This document shows positions 45,090 to 56,600 of a stretch of 64,000 nucleotides of DNA, piece by piece (position 1 is the first letter of the stretch; every line of letters starts with the position of its first letter). The notes below the pieces were generated by a model. That model was not told the DNA's origin and ran no database searches. It worked only from the letters and a program-made list of their open reading frames with translations. A program made the translations under genes and the position numbers. The DNA comes from Thecamonas trahens ATCC 50062. Its lineage: Eukaryota; Protista; Apusomonadida. The DNA lies in NCBI RefSeq assembly GCF_000142905.1, contig NW_013657617.1, positions 1 to 64,000 on the forward strand, written 5' to 3'.

Positions 45090-46452
45090 CGCAGAAGCAA
45101 TCGCGAAGCGCGGTGAGCGAGTCGGCGGGCGCCGGGCGCGGGAGCAGACGGTGGAGGCCGTGGCGACAAAACATGGCAAATGGGGGGGGAAGAGCAACGA
45201 GGGTTTTTGAGGCGGAAGCGACGAGCGTGCCCGACAGTTGAGCGTGCCCGACAGGTGCCCCGATGTCATCAGGCTCGGCGGCAAGGTTGGCGGCGATGGC
45301 GGGCCAGACGCGGTCGACGAGGCCCGACTCGACAAAAGACGTGTAAATTTCGGCCGAGGCAATATGGACGAGGTGTGCGAGGCGGATAGAGGCTGCCCAG
45401 AGCGGCGAGTCTGCTGCGAGCGGCGGGTGCGGCGGCGAAGCCGGCGGGCGGTTGGCGTTGTAGGCGGTGACGTAGGCGTCGAGGAGGATGGCGTGGGCGC
45501 TGGCGCGAGTGACGGGATCTTCCCATGCAGCGGCACCGAGCGAGGTGGCGGCAATCATGGCGAGGTCATAGACGGCTGGAGCGACGACGGCAAACTGAAA
45601 GTCGACAAAGGTGACATGAGCGACGCTCAGTGCGTGTGGCTCCACGGGATCCAAGAGGATGTTGCCACACCACAGATCGCCATGGCAGACGACGTCCGGG
45701 AGGCCGGCGGTTGAAGCGGCGGCTGAAACGGCAGCAACGGCGGCAGACGCAGCGGCAGGCATGTCGTCTGCATTGCCAAGGGCCCAAGCGCGAAGAGCGG
45801 CAACGGGCTCGGGTGCGAGGCGAGCGGCAAGCCAGTCGAGACCCGGCTCGATCTGGGCACCAAGGAAGGCCGCCGAGTCTGCAAGCGGGCCAATGGGCCC
45901 GCCGGGCCCTGGCAGCGGGACATCGAGGTGGACGATGGCAAGAGCAGCGGCAATGGAACCGAGAGCGTCTGGTGGGAGCCCGTCGGCGAGCGAGGGCGGG
46001 CGGGCCGGGGCGCGATCCTCGAGGACCAGGATGCCTGTACCCGAGGGACGATGCAGAGTGCCACCAAGGCGGGCAGGCCAGGGACGGCGCGGCAGAGAGG
46101 GAGCAGATGGGGATGGGGCGATGACGACGTCGGTGTCCGAGTCGGCGTCGGGCAGCGGGTGCGGCGGGGGAGATGCGGCCGAGTACCAGGCCATTTCGCG
46201 GGCGTGCATGGCGAGGGGAGGCGATGCGGCGAGGGAGAAGTGCTTGACGATGAGCGACGGCGATGGAAGCGGCGACGAGGGCGTCACCCGCCAGAGGGTG
46301 GAGAGGAAGCCCTCGTCGGTGCCGACAGGTGTGGCCGAGGCAGGGGCGAGAGCGGGGGCCGGGTCGGTGGGGCTCGCGGCGGGAGGCGGGAGGACAGCGG
46401 CGAGGACGGTGAGGGCCGGCGGGCGGAGGGAGGGCGGAGGCCAGTCGGTCAT
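45019..46452 (-). CDS. APH/choline/ecdysteroid-kinase-like phosphotransferase
   Basis: REMAWY, LVLED, CHGDLWCGNILL, FVDFQF, YDLA. The 3' end is uncertain because the ORF overruns the HSP20 start. Confidence 0.8.
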   Translation of the reverse strand: MTDWPPPSLRPPALTVLAAVLPPPAASPTDPAPALAPASATPVGTDEGFLSTLWRVTPSSPLPSPSLIVKHFSLAASPPLAMHAREMAWYSAASPPPHPLPDADSDTDVVIAPSPSAPSLPRRPWPARLGGTLHRPSGTGILVLEDRAPARPPSLADGLPPDALGSIAAALAIVHLDVPLPGPGGPIGPLADSAAFLGAQIEPGLDWLAARLAPEPVAALRAWALGNADDMPAAASAAVAAVSAAASTAGLPDVVCHGDLWCGNILLDPVEPHALSVAHVTFVDFQFAVVAPAVYDLAMIAATSLGAAAWEDPVTRASAHAILLDAYVTAYNANRPPASPPHPPLAADSPLWAASIRLAHLVHIASAEIYTSFVESGLVDRVWPAIAANLAAEPDDIGAPVGHAQLSGTLVASASKTLVALPPPFAMFCRHGLHRLLPRPAPADSLTALRDCFCDVELPAIASALNPGQPLSHVLVV

Positions 46453-46576
46453 GGGGGGGAGGGGAGGGGGGGGGGACGGGTGTGGCAGTGGCTGGCAGTG
46501 AACGGAACGGCTTACTGTGACTAACTAACTGATTCTAATGACAGACTAAATGACTAACAGCTGATGTGTATCGTCA

Positions 46577-46805
46577 CTACAGTTTCTTCGTCAGCTCAAA
46601 GTCGAAAAGCATCCATGCACGCAGGAGCATCATCTTCTCGGCGCGCAGAGCCGAGAGGCGGCTCCGCTTCCTCGTCATCATGTCTGTCGCCACCGAGTTG
46701 AGCCGTTCGACGCTGGCAGCGGAGGCCGATGGAAGAAGGATCCCCTGGCCCCACAAGCGGAACCTCGCACACAGCACCTGGATCCGCCGTACGTCAGCCT
46801 TGCGG
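46577..46805 (-). mobile_element. hAT-family transposase C-terminal dimerisation domain remnant
   Basis: LLPSASAASVERLNSVATDMMTRKRSRLSALRAEKMMLLRAW matches the hATC consensus (PASSAxxERxFS...KRNRL...E.L.FL..W). Upstream sequence is lost in the N gap. Confidence 0.7.
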
Positions 46806-47166
46806 NNNNNNNNNNNNNNNNNNNNNNNNNNNNNNNNNNNNNNNNNNNNNNNNNNNNNNNNNNNNNNNNNNNNNNNNNNNNNNNNNNNNNNNNNNNNNNN
46901 NNNNNNNNNNNNNNNNNNNNNNNNNNNNNNNNNNNNNNNNNNNNNNNNNNNNNNNNNNNNNNNNNNNNNNNNNNNNNNNNNNNNNNNNNNNNNNNNNNNN
47001 NNNNNNNNNNNNNNNNNNNNNNNNNNNNNNNNNNNNNNNNNNNNNNNNNNNNNNNNNNNNNNNNNNNGACGGGGGGAGGGGGGGACGGGGGGAGAGGGAC
47101 GGGGGGGGGGGGGGGAGGGGAAGGGGGAGTCCACACACTTACACACCCCTTCCCTTGCACATACAG

Positions 47167-48253
47167 CAACCAGGCGGCAGACGCGGCAGACGCGGCGGAC
47201 GCGAGCTCGGCGGTGGCGGGCCCGTCGACGACGATGACGCTGGAGGAGCGGATGGCGACGATTGCGTCTGTGGGTGAGGAGATCAACTCTGCGGAGCGGC
47301 TGGAGGAGCTGCTGGGCCGCAAGGCCAAGCCGCGGTGCTACGACGGGTTCGAGCCGTCGGGGCGGATGCACATTGCGCAGGGCATCCTCAAGGCCATCAA
47401 CGTCAACAAGCTGACGTCGTCGGGCTGCGAGTTTGTTTTCTGGGTCGCCGACTGGTTTGCGCTGCTCAACAACAAGATGGGCGGCGACCTGAAGCGCATC
47501 CGTGTGGTGGGGAAGTACATGATCGAGGTGTGGAAGGCATGCGGGATGGACATGACCAACGTCAAGTTCCTCTGGTGCGCCGACTCGATTAACGAGCGGC
47601 CCGACGAGTACTGGCGCATGGTCATGGACATTGCCCGCTCGTTCACCATTTCGCGCATCAAGCGCTGCGGCCAGATCATGGGCCGCTCCGAGGGTGACGA
47701 CCAGCCGGCCTCGCAGATCTTCTACCCGGCCATGCAGGCTGCCGACATCTTCTTCCTCGGCGCCGACATTTGCCAGCTCGGCATGGACCAGCGCAAGGTC
47801 AACATGCTCGCCATCGACTACGCCAACAAGATCGGCGTCCCGCCGCCGGTCGTCGTCTCGCACCACATGATCATGGGCCTCACCGGCGAGAAGATGTCCA
47901 AGTCGGACCCCAACTCGGCTATCTTCATGGAGGACGACACCGCCGCTATCCGCAAGAAGATCAAGGCTGCCTTTTGCGAGATCGGCAACATCGAGAAGAA
48001 CCCCGTTCTCGAGTACTGCAAGTACATCATCTACCCCGCCGGCGTGGTCCTCACCATCGATGGCGAGGAGTTTGCCACCTACGACGCCGTCGAGGCCGCC
48101 TTTCTCGACGGCTCGCTCCACCCGGGCGCTCTCAAGCCCGCTGTCGCCGACGCCATCGACAGCCTTGTCGAGCCCGTCCGCCAGCACTTCCGCAAGGATC
48201 CGGTCGCCCGCGAGCTCCTCAAGAAGGTTCAGTCGTTCAAGGTGACCAAGTAA
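47167..48253 (+). CDS. TyrRS: Cytosolic tyrosyl-tRNA synthetase (plant/protist type)
   Basis: YDGFEPSGRMHIAQG, YPAMQAADIF, QLGMDQRK, KMSKSDP. The frame is open upstream of the first ATG (47234) to an acceptor-like ccttcccttgcacatacag, so exon 1 may lie in the gap. Confidence 0.95.
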
Positions 48254-48479
48254 GGCCCTCCGCCCTCTGTGAGCCTCCAGTAAACTTGCCTGTCCCAGCC
48301 GCTTGTCCCCACACCGCTAGTCCCCTACAGCATGGGAAATTCCCTGCCGCAACCTCTGCTGACCTGTCAGGGGCCACGTGCCGTGCAGGACGCTGATCTC
48401 GACCGACCTATCACGGGCGGCGCTCCGACTCCCCGGAGTCGTCGCTGACAACGTCAAGTTCATCGTGTTCTTGGGGTAT

Positions 48480-48617
48480 CGGTCCGGACACGGTCTGAAG
48501 ACGGTCCTCAAGGAGCGGTCCGGGAACGCCCCAATGGCTTTTGTACGGTCTCAGGAACGGTCTGGGTACAGTCTCAATAACGATCTGGGTACGTTCTCGG
48601 AGCGGTCTCGGAGGTCC
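48480..48617. repeat. Array of ~11 degenerate ACGGTCT heptamers at mostly 10-12-bp spacing
   Basis: cggtcc 48480, acggtct 48490, acggtcc 48501, gcggtcc 48515, acggtct 48545 and 48557, acagtct 48568, acgatct 48580, acgttct 48591, gcggtct 48602, aggtcc 48612. Confidence 0.7.
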
Positions 48618-49335
48618 TGCAGTGGTGCTAGGGCGTCGCTGTGGGGGAGATACACCGTACAGGCCAACAAAGTGGTGAAAATCGAGTATTACGGGGCCAT
48701 GCGGCACTGTTCCACGGTCATACCACGGCGCACCAAGCGATGGCAATCAGCACAGCTTACCATCGGGATCGTAAAGGAAGAACTCGATCTGCGCACAGTC
48801 CAAGCCGTGGTTGGACATCGACGTCAGACACGGTGACATCGTGCGTTGATGTCGCAAATGCTAAAAACTGTCAAATATTACCCCCAAACGAGCAAAATTA
48901 TTCATTTTACATAATTCATGTCAGATATACACTTTAATATTGCAATTATGGTTTCTATTGCATATTTGTATGTATGCATATTTATATAAATATATAAATA
49001 TATAATTTGGATTAAGACGTAAAGTCGATGCCTGGGGGAAAATGCATCATTGTGTGACTTGTCCACACAATGCCCACATCTTATGCATGTCAGTGCTACC
49101 CATGCGCGTGTGGTAGCCTTTGTGGGCCCGTCTTTGGAATGCTTGTTGTAGCCACTCCTCATACACCAAGTCTGGTCTCAATGTGCTGCGTACTGCGTGC
49201 TCCAGATGCCGAAAACCCGGTTTAATGGTGACCATTTGTCGCGCGGAGCCGACGCCGCACAACACCCAAGCTCTCGCGAGCCCCTCGGTGGTGGACACCA
49301 CTACATCACATCTTGACACGGGTAGTTTATGGCGA

Positions 49336-50418
49336 TCAGGCCTCGTTGATCGACGGAGCAGCTTTGACACTCTCCCCAGGCGGTATCACGGCCGAGAGAA
49401 GCGGCGGCGACTCCTTGGCCCTAGCGGCTGCGCGCTGTTTGAGCAGATGCCCGCCGTAAATGTAAAGGGCGATGCCCGGAACAGTCATGGCACAGGCGAC
49501 AGCCTTTTGCCATGGAAAGCTCTCGTGGAAGAGCTTGACGACAAGGATGACGACGATCATGCGGCGGGCGACGTCTGCGACGGCGGCGAAGAGGGCGGAC
49601 GACTTGGAGATGACGGCAAACTTGAAGAACATGCCAGTCTGCTTGGTGAGGGCGACGGCAACCATGCAGAGGATGATATACAAGTGACGGTTATCCTTGT
49701 GGCTGGCATCCGTCCACACGGCGCTGTACTCGGTCCACTCGCGCGAGATGAGCCAGCAGACGATGATGACCAGCCACGCCGAGATGCCGTTGAAGAAGGC
49801 AGCCTCAGCGACGGTCCGCATCGACGTCGACTTCTTAACGTCCTTGAGCAGAAACGAGGCAAGCACGGCCTGCGAAGCGTTGGAAAACGCAGATATAATG
49901 GCGAAGATAAAGCCGAAGAGGTGCTTCGAGCTCGTTATGCCATTGGACTCCTTGTGGTCCGACTTGTGCGAAGCAAGAACGGCTGTCGACGTAAGAAGCA
50001 GCACAACCGACGCCGCATGGTACCGCGTTAGCTCTTTTTTGAGGAAGATTCGCGACTCAACGACGTTGAACACAATGTTCGTCGACTTGAGCAGCATGTA
50101 AGTCGAGCCGGGCAGCCAGTTGATGGCAAAGGCGAGCGTAATCATGTGGACCGAGTCGAGGACGCCCATGGCGCAGAGCTTGGCCGTCAGCTTGAGCGTT
50201 AGCGGGACCCGTCCATCATCGACCTCGTGCGTCAGCTTGTGCCCGAGAATGACTCCGAGATGGACCGGCCAGCCCGAGGTCATCAGCACCGCCGTCAGCC
50301 ACGGGAAGACGTAGCCCCAGTGGTCAAGCAGCTTGGTCACCGTTGGCGGTGTCGCATACATGGCGATGAAGCACATCGTGAGCACCACAATCACGGCCTT
50401 GCCACCATCCGAGCCCAT
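49336..50418 (-). CDS. Drug/metabolite-transporter superfamily protein (purine permease/nucleotide-sugar transporter-like)
   Basis: About 10 TM helices. PWLTAVLMTSGWP, WLPGSTYMLLKSTNIVFN, LFHESFPWQK. Confidence 0.85.
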   Translation of the reverse strand: MGSDGGKAVIVVLTMCFIAMYATPPTVTKLLDHWGYVFPWLTAVLMTSGWPVHLGVILGHKLTHEVDDGRVPLTLKLTAKLCAMGVLDSVHMITLAFAINWLPGSTYMLLKSTNIVFNVVESRIFLKKELTRYHAASVVLLLTSTAVLASHKSDHKESNGITSSKHLFGFIFAIISAFSNASQAVLASFLLKDVKKSTSMRTVAEAAFFNGISAWLVIIVCWLISREWTEYSAVWTDASHKDNRHLYIILCMVAVALTKQTGMFFKFAVISKSSALFAAVADVARRMIVVILVVKLFHESFPWQKAVACAMTVPGIALYIYGGHLLKQRAAARAKESPPLLSAVIPPGESVKAAPSINEA

Positions 50419-50972
50419 TTGCCTTGGCCTCTGTCCTCTGACAAGATGATGATGCGGTGCCCATTGTCCATGATGATATGTTGTTGTCGCAGGGGGGAGA
50501 GGGGTCATGCCGAGCGAGTCATCCCCCACCGCCGCACCCCATCCATACACCGCCATCCCCATCCGCATTCGCATCCGCATCCCCATCAATACGCCCCCTT
50601 TGCAATGAGTCCAGCACCACAACCAGGCCCCCTGCCCCTCCCCCTCCCCTCCCCCCTCCCCCCCCCTAGGCGGTGGCGTGCCGGTCTCCTGTCCGTCCCC
50701 GACCACGACAGGTGCTGCTTCCCTGCTCCGGTCCCATCCCCCCCCTCTCTCCCCCCTCATCCCCTTCCCCCCATGCCCCTCCCCTCTCTCCTCCACCCTC
50801 CACATACCCTATGGCAACAAAGTGGAGTCCTCCTCCCTCCCGTCACCATCCCCGTCTCCCCCCCCCCCCCGTCTCCCACTGCTGCCTTGCAAAGAGCCAC
50901 TGCTCCCGTGCACATCTTTGCAATCTTCACTTTTCATCACGCCGCTTTTTTCCCCCTCACCCAACCACCCCA

Positions 50973-51027
50973 CCCATCCATACCCATCCATACCCATCCA
51001 TACCCATCCATATCCATCCATATCCAT
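50973..51027. repeat. (CCCATCCATA)n minisatellite, ~5.5 copies
   Basis: Read directly from the sequence. Confidence 0.9.
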
Positions 51028-51116
51028 GCCTGGCACATCCCCTCCGTCCATCGGCGCCCCCAAGCAGCGGCGACCGACAATCATCGCAGCGAACAACCCG
51101 GCCGGACAGAGGGCAA

Positions 51117-53146
51117 TCACAGTTTGGTGGAGAGAATGGCCTTGTACGTGTCCTTGGGTAGGTTGACCTTGCCCATGGCGCGCATCCGGGCCTTGCCGCG
51201 CTTCTGCTTCTTGAGCAGCTTGTCCTTGCGCGTCCGATCGCCGCCGTACAGGTGACCGATGGTGTCCTTGCGGAAGGCCTTGATGGTCTCGCGAGCGACG
51301 ATACGGCCGTTGAACGAAGCCTGGATCTTGATCTCAAACAGCGTCCGCGACATGGCCTCCTTGAGCTTGGAGACGTACTTGACGCCCATGGCGCGCGCCT
51401 CGTCGCGATGGGCCACAAACGAAAGTGCCTCAACCGGCTCGCCGTTGAGCATGACCGTCACCAGCCCGAGCGGTGCCTTGGCGTAGCCTGCGGCCTGGTA
51501 CTGGAACGACGCGTAGCCGCCGGTCCGCGACTTGAGCTCGTCCACAAAGTCCGTGACGACCGAAGCGAGCGGGAGGGCGACAGCGACCTCGAGCGCGTCG
51601 CCACCGACGGTAGCGGTCTCGGTCACCTCACCGCGCCGGCGGAGGACAAGGTCCATCACGCCCGAGAGCCGGTCGGCCGGGACAAGAATGGTTCCCGTCA
51701 CCCGCGGCTCGTACGTGCCCACGATCTTGCCCTCGGATGCCGGCCACGCTGCACCAGTCTCGACAAGCACCTCCTCGCCGCCAGCAAGAACCACCCGGTA
51801 CGGCACCGACGGCGCCGTGAGGATAACGTCGGCTCCGTGCTCGGACTCGAGCCGCTGCCGAAAGACGTCGGCGTGGAGGAGGCCGAGGAAGCCGAGCCGA
51901 AAGCCCGAGCCGAGTGCGGCTGTGGCTGTTTTGGCCACAGAGACCGCCGGATCGTTGAGCGCGAGCCGTGCCAGCGCCGACGCCAGGTCCTCGTACTCAT
52001 CCGGCTCGCCCGGATACAGGCCAGCAAAGACCATCGGTTCGCCACCGATGCCAAGCGCAAGCCGCTGAGCAGTTGTGACTCGCTCAGCGCCTCGGTAAGC
52101 GCCTCGACGTGCTCCGGCGGCGCAAGCAGCGTGCCAGCAACCTGAACACCGGCGTCCTTGACGCCAGTGGCGGCAAAGCCGGCCCGCCCGGCCCCGAGCA
52201 CTGGACATGGCTGCTCGTGCGGATGGAGGGTGCCAACCTCGCCGAGTGTAAGCTTGAACGGCTTGCGCCCAGCAGCAGAGCCGAGCGCGAGCGGCGCAAG
52301 CGCTGTCCCGGCCGAGAGCTCGCCGGCCATGACCGCCACCGACGCCACAATGCCACGGAATGTGTCGTAACGCGAGTCAAAGGCGACCGCGAGCGGAAGA
52401 TCAGCCAGGTGCGGCGGGAGCGGGAGCGGAGATGGCGGCGGGATAGCACGGACCAGAACGTCGAGCAGCTCCGGCACGCCCTCGCCGGTCTTGGCCGACA
52501 CCAGACAAATGTCTGGCGACTCGGGGTCGATGCCGAGCGTGGCTTCGAGCGCCTCGAGAGTGCCGTCGATGTCGGCCGCCGGCAAGTCGATCTTGTTGAG
52601 GACTGGAACAATGGCAAGGCGGGCAGCAGCTGCGAGCCGGGCCACAGCAAGCGTCTGAGCCTGCACGCCCTGCGCCGCGTCGACAAGCAGCAGGACGCCG
52701 TCCACGGCCGCCAGCGAGCGCGCAACTTCAAGGCCAAAGTCGGCGTGGCCGGGCGTGTCGATGAGATTCAGCACCTTGCCACCATACCGCAACGTCGCCG
52801 AGTTGGCTTTGACCGTGATCCCGCGCTCCTGCTCCACCTCGAGCGTGTCCAGCGCTTGCTCCCGCCCGCCGCGCCGCCGACCCTCTTCGCCGCCACACGC
52901 GTCAATGATCCGGTCTGCCAGCGTCGACTTGCCGTGATCAATGTGCGCCAGAATGGCAAAGTTCCGCACTTCGCCCAGTGCCACCGCCCCGCCCTCGTCC
53001 ACCGACGCCGCCAGCCCATCGGACGCACTGCCCGCCGAGACCTCGCCAGCCGCTCTACTCACCGCGCCCGTCGCATGCCGCATCCATGTTGCCCTCCACA
53101 GCGCCGTCCGTGTTTGCGCCACCACACGACCCACCCGGCGGAACAT
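51117..53146 (-). CDS. GUF1: Mitochondrial translation factor GUF1 / LepA (EF-4); one base missing near 52038
   Basis: Arg-rich presequence MFRRVGRVV, RNFAILAHIDHGKSTLADR, EQERGITVK, DTPGH, NKID, GFRLGFLGLLH, YGGDRTRKDKLLKKQKRGK. The frames join as A[K]PMVFAGLYP. Confidence 0.95.
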
Positions 53147-53623
53147 AGTCGTCTGTGTGGAGTATGTGGGGGGGGGGGGAGTGCGGGAGAGCGAGGTGTG
53201 CGAGGCGGGGGAGGGAGAGCGAGAGGCAAAGGTGACGGAGAGACGGATCCCAGTGATCCCACAGCCGAGAGCCATGGCACAGACAAGACGGACCACGTGG
53301 GCACATGGTATGGTCACACTGGTGGTGGTAGTAGTGGTGGTGAGATGGTTGGGGAAGACGCCTCATGCGGGTCGATGAGGATGAGTTGATCGATACGATA
53401 GGAGGACAATGTCCACATCTGTCCCTCCCTCCAAGCCCCCCCCCTCCCCCACCCCCCCTGTATGACACCAATGGGGTGAGTGTGGCACCCTCTCCCGAAA
53501 AGAAACCCAGCCACCCCCTTCCCCCCCCCTCCCCTTCCGCCCAGTAGTCCATCACCACCACAGGCACCTCCCCCCCACCCACCCACTCGCTCCCCCCCTA
53601 CCACCACACTCTCACCCCCACCC

Positions 53624-56600
53624 ATGGGCAACACCACCTCAACCCTCCCCCCGGGAGCCGACGAGGTGGAGACCATGCACCAAGTACGCCCCCCTCCCTC
53701 CCTCCCTCCCCCTCCCCCCTCCCTTCCTCNNNNNNNNNNNNNNNNNNNNNNNNNNNNNNNNNNNNNNNNNNNNNNNNNNNNNNNNNNNNNNNNNNNNNNN
53801 NNNNNNNNNNNNNNNNNNNNNNNNNNNNNCCCCCCCTCCCCCTCACCCCTCACCCCCTTCGCACAGGACTCCCTGCTGGTCTCCCTCATTACGCCATCAT
53901 CCCTCGCCGCACCCAAGTTTGTGGCAGAGGCTGTTGCCACATACCGCTCGCCGGCCTCGTCGTCGCCTGAGCTCAACGACGGCTCGGTGCCTCAGGCCAC
54001 TATGGCCGCCCTTGGCTCGTCGGCTCTGGCGGCGGCCGCGGCAGAGTTCCTCATTCCGCCATCGGCCCGCCGCTCCGCTGCTGCCATGCGCAAGCAAGTC
54101 ACTGTCTCCACCGCTTCCACCACCCTCTACACCCAGCTGGTCCTCCTACGGGCCACCCTCCTCCGCCGCCTGGCTCAGGCTCTGGCTCGCTCCGCTGCGG
54201 CTGCGGCTGCCACCGCCCCGCTCCGCCCGCTGCCCGACGCTGCTACTCGGCCCATCGGTGCTCCGCTGGCGTCGGCCTCGCAAGCGGTCACCGCTGACGG
54301 CGCACTTGGCATCCACACCTCGCTCGGCGTCCTGGTCACCCTACTCAAGGCCGCTGCCCGCGCCGACCCGGACGTCGGCCTCGAGACCCTTGCCTCGTTT
54401 GATGCCCTCCTCCACACCATTCCGCTGCTCGGCCTCTATCTTGGCGCACCCGAGCCGGCGGTCGACGCGCTGGTTGGCTTTATGCACCACACGCTCGACA
54501 TGCCTCAGGCCCCGCCGAGCGCAAAGTCGGCCGCCCTCGCCGGCCTTGTTGGCGTCGCCCTCGCCAAGGGCTCGTTCACCGAGCTGCTCTTTGTGGCCCA
54601 TACTCTCCTCACTGCCCCGCCTGCGGCTCCGCTTGACGTCTCGACCTACCTCGGCCGCCTCGCCAGCTACAACCCACACATTCCGCTGGCTGCTCTCGAC
54701 GCCAAGGCCGCTCTCTCGTTCTCTAACGAGTACACCGCCCCCGCTGCTGGCTCGCAAGGCTCGGCGGCCTCGGCCGATACACCTGCGGCCTTCCGCGAGC
54801 CGGGCGCCATCGCCACCGACGGCACCTACCTCTACATCCACGACGCCCACGGGCTCGCCAAGATCGGCACCGGAGCAAACGGCTCCATCCAGGGCCACGT
54901 CTATGCTGCCCGCCCGCTCTTCCGCGCCTCCGACGCTGCCTCGCTCCTTTGTGTCTGTGACAAGCTCTACTACCGCTCTGCTAGCATCGCGCCAGCAGCT
55001 TTTCTTGTCCTCTCAGCCTCAAACCTCGCCGACATTGGTGCCATCCTGCCTGACGGCTCGGGCTCGGTCGCCTCCGATCCGACCTCCGAGACCTGGCTTC
55101 CTGCCGAGTTTACTCCCGAGCCCAAGGCCTCGCCGCCGACCTTTGCTTCGCCGGCAACCACCGACGGCCGCTACATCTACGTCGCCATGGCTGTCTATGG
55201 CTATGCCCCAGACGCGCCGCCGGTCTCGGCGCTTGCCTCGGCCGTTGCTGGCGAGTCGCGCTCGGCCGTGTCGGGCGCCGCTGACGCGCTTCCGCCGGTC
55301 ACCCCGACTCCGACCTCGGCCTCGGCCGCCCGCGCGCAGAGCATCACCTTCCCACCGCCATCGGCCGGCTCATCTGACGACGCTGCCACATCACTGGCCG
55401 GCCCCGCCAGCTCCAGTGCAGGTCCGAACCCGGCAGCGCCGGGAGCTGCAAACCCTCGCGTCGTCGTCGCTACTTTTGACCCGCTCTCGGATCCACCCAT
55501 GAAGCACATCGCGTCGACGCTGCTCTCCGGCTCAGAGACTCTCGTCGGCCATGTCCTCTCCACCCGTCAGTGCTACAACACCGACACCCGCATCGCCGTC
55601 GACACCTCGCTCGTCTTTCACGCGCCGGGCAAGGTCGCCGCCTGGTGCATGGCCGGCCGTGGCCAGGGCAACTTTGTCTTCCAGGTCTACCGCCGCGTCG
55701 CCGGCGACCACTACGTCCTTGTTGGCGAGAATGAGGTCGAGACCATCTCCGGCCTCCAGGTCTTTGACATTCCTCCCGACGAGCGTATTGCAGTTCTCCC
55801 CGGCGACTGCATCGGCTGGCGCTGGGCCATCGACCGTGGCCAGGTCTACTACGACCGCAACGTTCCGGGCACCTCGCCCTCGTTTGTCAAGTACAACTCG
55901 AACACCCACGGCCCGCGCGATGCCGTCGGCGACACTGTCCACTTTACCCGTACCGAGTCGGTCACCATGTCCATCGCCGCTGTCCTCGACCCGGCGCCGG
56001 TCGCCACGCACACCGCCACCAGCCCGGCCTCTTCCAGCGGGAGCGTGCCGCTCACGTTCTGCGCCACTGCCGGCCCTCTCGCCCTCCCGACACCCGTCCT
56101 CAACTACGGCGCGCTCTACTGCAACGGCTCGTGCGTGGCCATCCTCGCTCCGCCAAACAAGCAGCTTCACGATGGCTTCCCCAATCACGCATCCACCCGC
56201 CAGTGGTCGCTTGCGTCAGGTGCACTCCTGGACCACACCGACGCTGGACTCAACCCGCAGGGCATGCCGACCGTCTACGATGCCGACGCCAACGTCGTCT
56301 GGAACTACGCTCCGGGCACGCGCAAGGTCTTCCGCTGGGCTTGTGGCCCGCTCCGCCCGGCCCTCACTTTTCCGGTCTCGTCCGAGACCGCCGCCGCCGC
56401 CCGCTTCCCGCTCCATCCGCTCGACGTCCCAGCCGCGCTTCCGGCCCTAGCTGCTGACCTCCCGCCGGCTGCCTCACCGGCCGACGTCGCTTATGTCCTC
56501 CTCCGCCACGCGGATCGCATCGCCCTTCACCACGCCCCGCCACCGGCCGCCGCCGCCGCCCACGCCGCTCCGACGTTGTCCGCCGTCGCTGCCTCCTCGT

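Noticed and set aside
47167-48253. Giant-virus insertion (TyrRS plus kinase-cyclase-kinase and ankyrins resemble mimivirus genes)
   Set aside because: No viral hallmark genes and host-like GC and codon usage. These families are native to many protists.
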